From the NCBI GenBank assembly GCA_030141605.1, contig JAQGDQ010000322.1:1-64000 (forward strand): DNA of 64,000 nt. The letters run 5' to 3'. Under the pieces are notes generated by a model. It was not told the DNA's origin, did not search any database, and worked only from the letters and a program-made list of their open reading frames with translations. Below are positions 55,698 through 64,000 of the stretch, in pieces. Both the position numbers and the translations under genes were made by a program. Source of the DNA: Tubiluchus corallicola (lineage: Eukaryota; Animalia; Priapulida). Position 1 is the stretch's first letter. The number at the start of each line of letters is the position of its first letter.

Positions 55698-56179
55698 CAG
55701 GGGTGTGCAAATTGCGGCCCGCCAAGAGAATTTGTGCGGCCCGCGAAGAGATTTGTCAACCTAATGAAAGTGCGGCCCAGGCGATTAATTGAGTGTATCC
55801 AGCTGAAGTCCGTGCCACGATCCCAAAGATAGTGCGGGTAGTTTTTTCTACTAGATCGGATGCCATTAACCCTTACAAGACGGTTGTAGCTTAATGTCAC
55901 TGTACTACACAGACTGTGTGATACACGTTACTAATATGCATTGTATTGAAATTACCACTATCTGTGCTGAAAGTAGAAATATATGGTTTGTAATATAAAT
56001 TTTAGTGACTTCTAAAATAGTTTCTTGAGTGTAGTAGTAATGATGTACGCAGGTCGGATGCAAAAAAATCGTTATTAGGCCTTTCTGTACTTGGCTCCTT
56101 GATCAAACTGCGTGTGGCCCGCAGGAATTGCGGGAAAGTTTAATGTGGCCCGCCTAGTCAGATAATTTGCACACCCCTG
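55698..56179. mobile_element. hAT-Charlie-like MITE, 482 bp
   Basis: Perfect 16-bp TIR CAGGGGTGTGCAAATT; perfect 8-bp TSD CTCTACAT; subterminal GCGGCCC/GTGGCCC repeats. Confidence 0.93.
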
Positions 56180-56599
56180 CTCTACATACAGACTAATACA
56201 TAATCAGCTAAAATCCATGTAAAAGAGCAGGATTTACTGAAGTGATGGTGCAAGCAGCTTTGCTTTAACCTTTGACTTACAGCAACGGTGCATGTGCACA
56301 ATGAAACTGTGAAAAGAGTTATTTTTAATGCTTAAAACTTAAAAGAAAAATTGTTGAAAACGAGTTTGTCTTTGCCTGCACAATCTGCATGGCATTTTGC
56401 CTTGACTGTTTGTACATGAATACTGAATGAAGCCAGTGGCTACTGTTAGATATATTAACACCACATATATACGATTAAATATTAGATATATTAGTCTGCT
56501 AAATATATTAACACCAGCCAGAAAAAATGCAATTCTTAATAACTAACATGCAAGTCGTAAAAGACGTATTTTATTTACTGATTTTCTATATAAAGCAAG

Positions 56600-57400
56600 T
56601 GAGGCTGTGGGTGAAACAATCATGCAGTAAAAAATTCCACAGATAAGAGGTCAGGGGAAAGTATATTTATACCTTTTGTTACCTAACTAAATCATCTAAT
56701 GAAGGCAGCAAAAGGGAGCTTCCAACCAAATTGTCGGCATTTAGGGGGGAATTACAGTTCGGGAATTATGGTCTCGACAGCTTCTGGTGAAGAAAGAAAC
56801 AACTGACCTTGAATGAACATGAAAATACATGGCTGACAACATATCAGACCCAACCAGATTACCAACAAGATTTGTCAATCTATCAAGTGGGTTGAGGTAA
56901 CGAGGCTGAGGCATGAAAATGCATGGTTGACAACATATCAGACTCAACCAGATTAACAATACGATTCGTCAATCTATCAAGTGGGTTGAGGTAACAAGGC
57001 TGAGGCATGAAAATATGTGGCTGACAACATATCAGACTCAACCAGATTAACAATAAGATTCGTCAATCTATCAAGTGGGTTGAGGTAACAAGGTCGAGGC
57101 ACCAGCCCTATTGTGGCTGCAGTATTCCATGCAAGAAAAGACAGTTGAGATCGAGTCCAGCACTGGAGGGACAGATTTGGATCGTCTTGACTACAATACA
57201 GGTAATCTCCTTTTGATAAAGCAAACGATATCTTTGTACGTCTCTGAAAGATACTTTTTCATCTAAGATTGGAACACAAGCACAGGGCAAGCAAACATGG
57301 CAACCCCTTCAAAGCGATACGTTTTCCACATTTTCTAATTGGGAGTTGTTCAGTTTCGTACGGAATCGTATCATTAGCTGGTTTAAAAACCGTGAGATTA
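56600..57400 (-). mobile_element. Degraded Jockey/CR1-like LINE ORF2 fragment containing a 94-bp triplication (56818-57092)
   Basis: Minus-strand remnants in the expected order: LCSNLR*KKY, MEYCSH..AGA (~57100-57132), PLTSYLWN (~56633-56657). Confidence 0.55.
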
Positions 57401-57495
57401 AAAACTGATAATCTGTTAGTCGGTAGCTATTTGAGAAAACGAATTCTTGAAATTTGTGTGTAAATAAACATGGTTAAATTAAAAGTAGTACTTAC

Positions 57496-57549
57496 ACAAA
57501 AGCAAAAGCAATGTAATGCATCCATGTGGTGGGACTACTGCAAAATTTC
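57496..57549 (-). CDS. TMEM106B: TMEM106B-like internal exon (54 bp)
   Basis: ttctctgtag|...|gtaagt; phase 2/2; KFCSSPTTWMHYIAFAF(V) aligns without gaps to recalled human DFCTLISIKVHNIVLMMQ. Confidence 0.85.
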
Positions 57550-57804
57550 CTACAGAGAAATAATTTCAAATTGGTGCATGCGTTAAGTCTACTAATTAGT
57601 GCAGTTTTTTAATGAGGCAGTTTCAAACCATTGCATCCAAATTAAACAGCAAATAACTGGAAATTTTAACAATTCTGCTAAAAGGAAAAGAGTTACCAAC
57701 AAATGTACTGTACTGTTCATAGCATTCGAAAACAACATTTGAAACTGCCCACGTGTTAGCCAGTCACCCATACAACTACCACACTACCTACAGCAGTTAC
57801 TTAC

Positions 57805-57849
57805 ATAAACGTGATGAACACCTCGTTGCCCATCATCTTGCAAAATAAG
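57805..57849 (-). CDS. TMEM106B: Candidate alternative (mutually exclusive) TMEM106B-like exon (45 bp)
   Basis: tctttctattttcattctctag|...|gtaagt; phase 2/2; LFCKMMGNEVFITF(M), paralogous to the 54-bp exon. Confidence 0.65.
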
Positions 57850-58013
57850 CTAGAGAATGAAAATAGAAAGACAAAACTTCAGACAAGAGTAGCAACAAAA
57901 CACTACACAAAAAGCGTATCCCATAATCCTGTGCGTGTGCACAAGATCACGCTGTTATTAAGAAAAAAGTGGTTCACCCGAACGGGGACTCCGTTTTTGC
58001 GTATTAACATTAA

Positions 58014-58553
58014 AGGAAAACCGGACGATTTTGTAGACATTAGTTCAAAATAAAGCATACTCTAAAATACAGAAAACTACAATAGCTTTTTTAAAATCAA
58101 AGCTTAGATTAAATAATAATTACCTTGGATAGTTAAATTTTGTTAAATTTTTAAAGCTATGCACAGCTCAGCTAATCCACTAAGACTGACAATGGCACCT
58201 TTTTATCACATTCACGTGGCCGACAAATAGGCGTTGTACATTGATAAGCATGATCATGACCTGAAGAGATGTCAGTGTGATGTAGAGCCCATTTTCATGA
58301 CATCACATCAGCGTCTTATAGCAACGTTCGCTTACACAAACCTGCTTGACGTGCAAGGAAGATGTCTACCATTGCATAAAATGTGGTTAATTTGTGATGT
58401 AAGTGACAGGCTGTGTTCGGTTGCCGTTAATTAACTTTCCAAGGTAATGTTTCAAATATTAGAAACAACTGCTAATTTTTACACGTAACAAAATGTATAT
58501 TTTGGACAGTAAATGAAAATGAGATCGAGTCTAATCGAACGTCCGGTTTTCCT
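58014..58553. mobile_element. Kolobok-like MITE (family D), 540 bp
   Basis: TTAA|AGGAAAACCGGACG ... CGTCCGGTTTTCCT|TTAA: perfect 14-bp TIR and TTAA TSD. Confidence 0.88.
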
Positions 58554-58879
58554 TTAACTACAAATGATACGGTGAATCAAAATGCCATCAATGTGAAAAA
58601 ACACTTGTTGTGTTGACACCATTTGCAAATTGGTGATGTTAGCGGGCACTTGGGCTAGCAAACAATTACTGTTACATCGTAATTTACACACCACAGGCCC
58701 AACCAAGACAAATAAACAAGCTAAGCATGGCAGTGGCGGAAACCTATTAAATTTAGACAGAAGCGCCTACACATAAATCTTTACGCACCGTGGTATTAAG
58801 AATGGCAACACCGATGCAGGTCAGTTGTATGCAATAAAATATTTTGACATGTCAAACTGCTTTAATCATCTCTTTCGTT

Positions 58880-60199
58880 ATCCTTTAAGTTAAACTATTT
58901 AAAATAGTTCATATTAAAATAAAAATTGCACAGACAGCACAGCTTTTAAATAAGTATTCATAAAAATTCATTTAGAGGAAACAAAAAATGCATAAAAAAA
59001 TGGGTAGAAAGTTAGTGACACTGAAATATTAGTGTGACAGAAAACTAACATTAGTTAATAAACGCAATGAAAACAAAAACAAAAATTACTAATAGATTAC
59101 TGCATAATTAACAAAGTTTAAATATTTGACAGATATGAACTCTGTTGAAGTTCAAAAACTCTTTGCTGGATATTTCAGTAACTGTAGACCTCATGAGTTT
59201 ACCTCAGAAAACATTTTAAAGTCAATGCATCTATTATATAAGATGAATGGTGAGAGAACCAATGTAAATTTAATATTGTTTCTGTTTCGGTAATTTAAAG
59301 CACAAGAAAACCCTCCACTTACATAAAGCTTAAAAAACTCGTCTTGAAATTTTATACCACTTATTTAACGCCCTTTTGCATACAGCCATAACGCTGTATG
59401 AAACGTAAATTTAAACTCCCGCGATGACCATTAGACACATCCAATTTGGCGAGAAATCATTTGAAAGAAGTTTAGATGACACTGAGTAAACTTTTAAAAA
59501 ATAGTCAGAGCATTCGTAGTGCACACATCGCTAACTAAATAAAATTTTAAATTACTATATCTTGTCAATAAGATTAAAAATACATTTTTGGTTAGTTAAT
59601 GGTGCACCCTGGAGGGTGAGTCATTGACATTTTACCAATTGGTGAAAACATTTTAAATAATTAATAATTTTCTTTTCTAGTTACATAAGTCTTTCCAGCA
59701 GGTAAACGAAATGCTAAGTAATATAACTTTGCATGGAAAGTTTTTTGGGACATAATTTAACATTTCCTTTTCTTCCCCTGGTTTATGATGTGCGTAAGTG
59801 ACGTCATGTAATGGCATTGTCGGACTGTGGGAACTTTAAAATGAAAACAAACAAAAAATCCTTTCAACACGAGTACGATATACGCAAAAAATGTTATAAA
59901 GTAATATAATTTTTAAAGCCGTTTTTTGAAACCTACTTCAGGTACCTCTTTTCTTGTCCTTTAAGTTAAACTATTTGAAACAGTTCACATATTAAAATAA
60001 AAATTGCACAGACAGCACAGCTTTTAAATAACTATTCATAAAATTAATTTACAGGAAACAAAAAAATGCATAAAAAAATGGGTAGTAAGTTAGTGACACT
60101 GAAATATTAGTGTGACAGAAAACTAACATTGGTTAATAAACGCAGTGAAAACAAAAACAAAAATTACTAATAGATTACTGCATAATCAACAAAGTTTAA
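58880..60199. repeat. ~240-bp direct duplication (58880-59120 and 59957-60199)
   Basis: tcctttaagttaaactattt...ttactgcataa(t/c)aacaaagtttaa occurs twice, 1.08 kb apart. Confidence 0.88.
59299..59779 (+). mobile_element. Family B MITE, full length, single degenerate 43-bp unit
   Basis: TTAA|AGCACAAGAAAACC ... CCTTTTCTTCCCCT; unit at ~59588-59632. Confidence 0.7.
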
Positions 60200-60305
60200 T
60201 TTAGTTAGTAAATCAATTAATGCAAGTTACTTAAAACATGAGAGAGTTCTCCTGAGAGTTTGCCATCTTTAGTGTAAAAATGATGAATGCTCTTTACGTG
60301 GTGAA

Positions 60306-60614
60306 CGCGTGGCATCCGGAATACATTACGCACACACTTGGCATCCCGAATACGTTACGCACATGCGTGGCATCCGGAATACGCTACGCACACGCGTGGC
60401 ATCCGGAATACGCTACCCACACGCGTGGCATCCGGAATACGTTACGCACACGCGTGGCATCCGGAATACGTTACGCACACGCGTGGCATCCGGAATACGC
60501 TACGCACACGCGTGGCATCCGGAATACGCTACCCACACGCGTGGCATCCGGAATACGTTACGCACACGCGTGGCATCCGGAATACGTTACGCACACGCGT
60601 GGCATCGCACACGC
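60306..60614. repeat. 29-bp CpG-rich minisatellite, ~10 copies
   Basis: Unit cgcgtggcatccggaatacgttacgcaca. Confidence 0.94.
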
Positions 60615-60804
60615 GGAATGGCAGCAGAAAAAAATAACGCATATTGCAGGTCACATAAACTGTTGCATTGAAAACAGTATGAATCAATTTTATCTATTCC
60701 GCATCCGCATAACACATTCCGAGCGCTCCATAAACGCCACTTTATAGTATCACAATGATTATTTGTTTATTTCAGGAGTTTTCACCCTAACAGGCCTCAT
60801 TAAC

Positions 60805-61821
60805 TGAATACACTGTCTATCCAAATGATGAGGCCCGTTAGGGTGAATACACTGTCTATACGGCTGATGAGGCCCGTTAGGGTGAATACACTGTCTATTT
60901 AGCTGACGAGGCCCGTTAGGGTGAATACACTGTCTATCCAGAGATGAGGCCCGTTAGGGTGAATACACTGTCTATCCGGCTGATGAAGCCCGTTAGGGTG
61001 AATACACTGTCTATCCAGATGATGAAGCCCGTTAGGGTGAATACACTGTTTATCCGGCTGATGAGGCCCGTTAGGGTGAATACACTGTCTATCCAGATGA
61101 TGAAGCCCGTTAGGGTGAATACACTGTCTATCCAGATGATGAGTCCCGTTAGGGTGAATACACTGTCTATCCAAATGACGAGGCCCGTTAGGGTGAATAC
61201 ACTGTTTATGCGGCTGATGAGGCCCGTTAGGGTGAATACACTGTCTATCCAAATGATGAGGCCCGTTAGGGTGAATACACTGTTTATGCGGCTGATGAGG
61301 CCCGTTAGGGTGAATACACTGTCTATCCAAATGATGAGGCCCGTTAGGGTGAATACACTGTTTATGCGGCTGATGAGGCCCGTTAGGGTGAATACACTGT
61401 CTATCCAAATGATGAGGCCCGTTAGGGTGAATACACTGTTTATGCGGCTGATGAGGCCCGTTAGGGTGAATACACTGTCTATCCAAATGATGAGGCCCGT
61501 TAGGGTGAATACACTGTTTATGCGGCTGATGAGGCCCGTTAGGGTGAATACACTGTCTATCCAAATGATGAGGCCCGTTAGGGTGAATACACTGTTTATG
61601 CGGCTGATGAGGCCCGTTAGGGTGAATACACTGTCTATCCAAATGATGAGGCCCGTTAGGGTGAATACACTGTTTATGCGGCTGATGAGGCCCGTTAGGG
61701 TGAATACACTGTCTATCCAAATGATGAGGCCCGTTAGGGTGAATACACTGTTTATGCGGCTGATGAGGCCCGTTAGGGTGAATACACTGTTTATGCGGCT
61801 GATGATGCCCGTTAGGGTGAA
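60805..61821 (+). repeat. 39-bp minisatellite (~26 units; 78-bp A/B dimer in the right part)
   Basis: tgaatacactgt(ctatccaaa/ttatgcggc)tgatgaggcccgttaggg. Confidence 0.96.
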
Positions 61822-61830
61822 AGTTCCTGA
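61795..61830 (+). ncRNA. Minimal type I hammerhead ribozyme motif (Penelope/retrozyme-like)
   Basis: gCGG-CTGATGA-T-GCCC(GTTA)GGGT-GAAA-GT-TC-CTG: conserved core boxes, 4-bp stem II, short stem I; a degenerate inverted partner lies at 60771-60808. Confidence 0.55.
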
Positions 61831-62075
61831 TATAAATATATAATCATTGTAAGACTATGAAGGTCGTTTGACGTTTTTTATGTTACTGCAAAATACTCTT
61901 GATGTATTTTTGTATCTTAAGATAAGAGAGAGTTAAAGAAGAAAAATTAACTGTTAAAAAAATCTGGATTCAAATGCTAGCAGCAAGACCAATTTTTTTC
62001 AACTTTTCAACTTTTTCTATCAAGCCTTGATAAAACACACGGCTAATATGTATATTATACTTTTCAAGTTTTGTT

Positions 62076-62076
<1 letters not shown>

Positions 62077-62119
<43 letters not shown>

Positions 62120-62125
62120 CTCCCT

Positions 62126-62185
<60 letters not shown>

Positions 62186-62270
62186 GTTCACTCTTTCTCT
62201 CCCTCTCCCCCTCCCTCCTCTCTCTCTCTCTCTGCCCTCCCTCCCCCCTCTCTCTCTCCCTCTCTCTCTC
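62077..62270. repeat. (CT)n microsatellite
   Basis: Directly visible. Confidence 0.95.
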
Positions 62271-62508
62271 AATATATTGAAAAAGAGAGAGAACAACAAA
62301 TGCAAATATTTGGTATTTACTATAAAAATAATAGATACTCAGAAAGTAGCTACAAAACACTCAAAGATCAAGGATATTTCCTTTATCAACTCACAAACAT
62401 TTTCACCTTGACTTCTGAAATAAAAGGCACAAAGCATGTGGCTTAAAAAGAAAAATGAAGAAGCCAATCTTGGGAACTTTTGCAACCGATATAGCAGAGC
62501 ATACTTAC

Positions 62509-62699
62509 GCTATGTAACCTTGGTCATCTTTGAACGTGATATTCATCGGAATCTTGACCGTCTCTTCGGATCTTAGACCAATCTTGACCGAGTCAGAGAG
62601 CTTCGTTTCACTAATTAATTTCGTATCATACATTGCTACCATCGTTATGTTTTCTGCCACAACTTTTACAAAATTCTTATTTGAAATGTTGAAAGAATT
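62509..62699 (-). CDS. TMEM106B: TMEM106B-like luminal-domain exon (191 bp)
   Basis: aatttttcag|...|gtaagtat; phase 0/2; NSFNISNKNFVKVVAENIT...IGLRSEETVKIPMNITFKDDQGYI(A) matches recalled human NTLNITNNNYYSVEVENIT...[25 protein letters not shown], including the NxS/T sequons. Upstream exons lie beyond the window. Confidence 0.88.
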
Positions 62700-63127
62700 C
62701 TGAAAAATTAAACAAAACATAAAAGACTTAAGACACGAAGGAGAATTTAATGGAAAAATGGCGACACCTTTTAAAGTCCAGGTGAAAAAGGTGAATGTTT
62801 ACACACATCCAATGTATTGATGCTCTACTAAAGTATCTAGAAGGCTAATATGTCATTGTTTTTGGCACACTATTGCTTACGATACGCTGGAGTGACTGGC
62901 GATCGCGTGTAGCAAATGGCAAGAAGAAATATTTCCAATGTATGAGATGCACCAAGTCAACACTCGTTTGAAAATTAAATTCTCCATATTTGGCAAATAA
63001 ATGTAACTATATCATCATGTAACTTATCATGTGACCACAGGCTGAGTTATCATTGGATAATTGTCAATTAAACAATGGTCGCTGGTCACCAGACACTCAA
63101 AAAATAAAAACAATTTCTATTTCAAAA

Positions 63128-63432
63128 TTGAATTCATTGCCGACCGGTTTCGAACAAAACTGTTTATTATCAAGGCATCTAAAACAAAGAAATTTACCAG
63201 AATTTAGAAACATCGAAATACAATTCAGTAATTAATAGCCAAAACACAGATAATACATTATATAGATAATTTAACAATTTACCTTACAGATTACATATCT
63301 TCATTGGTTAGAAACCATGTAACAAACAAACAAACAAACCAACCAATATGTTAGTAGTAACACAACTGCAATATTAGGTAACAAAACAGCAGCTCCTTAA
63401 TATTGACAGTTCTGTTACTAGTAACATATTGG
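63128..63432. mobile_element. Family C element, second copy
   Basis: Matches 36497-36845; (CAAA)n followed by inverted pair ccaatatgttagtagtaaca / tgttactagtaacatattgg. Confidence 0.6.
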
Positions 63433-64000
63433 GTCTATATGACCACCGCACGGCCCTCCATAATTAAACAATGGATTAGCATTCTAGATGCTTTAGTACT
63501 GTACATTTAATGACATACAACAATGCAGAAGCGTAGCAAGGCAAGGCAACAGGAGACAATTCCCTCGGGAGCAAGAGTGAGAGGGTGTAAAATTCTTCTA
63601 GAGTTCAATGACTGTTAATTATTCATTACTAATCCGACATTAACAAAACAATTAACAAAAGTTTTCAAACTACAAACAAAATTGTCTAGTCAGAGATCAT
63701 AGTAGCTGATTTAATTACAAGATACAGCCTAGAAAATGGGCTAATGTTGTTACTCAATGGCATGCGTGTGGTTTAGCAGATCAATAATTTTGGAAGAAAC
63801 AGTGACATTCTTCTAAATGCAGATTGTATTATTGTGAAAACTTGCAGTGTTCTGTATCTTTCATAATCTTTACATGTTTTAATGCTGGAGCTGAATGTTT
63901 AATGACTGTCATGTTACAAACAACTAATGTATAGAAAAGAGTTATTCTGCTGCAGTACCGCAAATCAAACACAGGGTGATTCTTAGAAAAAATTCTTTTG

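Noticed and set aside
56281-56306. 26-bp minus-strand segment with cag|...|gtaagt in the TMEM106 intron
   Set aside because: It would shift the frame, has no similarity to TMEM106, and is part of an inverted repeat.
60899-61843. 273 and 299 aa repetitive ORFs (QCIHPNGPH...) resembling His/Cys metal-binding proteins
   Set aside because: A 39-bp unit divisible by 3 is open on both strands; it lies in a TMEM106 intron and is explained by the hammerhead-derived array.

Overview
Repeat-rich, AT-rich animal genomic DNA, most likely a non-vertebrate metazoan (spliceosomal exons, LINE/Tc1/hAT/Kolobok-type remnants, CpG decay, degenerate TTAGGG tract); it is not prokaryotic. Almost all long ORFs in the track are microsatellite or minisatellite artefacts. 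The one host gene I can support is the 3' part of a TMEM106B-like gene on the minus strand: exons 62509-62699, 57496-57549 and 53035-53224, with a probable ~2.9 kb 3'UTR. Main findings: (1) an extra 45-bp phase-2/2 exon (57805-57849) that looks like a duplicated, mutually exclusive alternative to the 54-bp Cys-bearing luminal-domain exon; (2) an inverted pair of minimal hammerhead-ribozyme motifs (Penelope/retrozyme type) at 60771-61831 in a TMEM106 intron, one arm expanded into a 39-bp tandem array, with the degenerate core on the host-sense strand; (3) a TTAA-flanked (Kolobok-like) MITE family carrying 1 to ~28 copies of one internal 43-bp unit; (4) a solo LTR with heat-shock elements next to its TATA box. 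All assignments were made by eye and from recalled family motifs; no searches were run.
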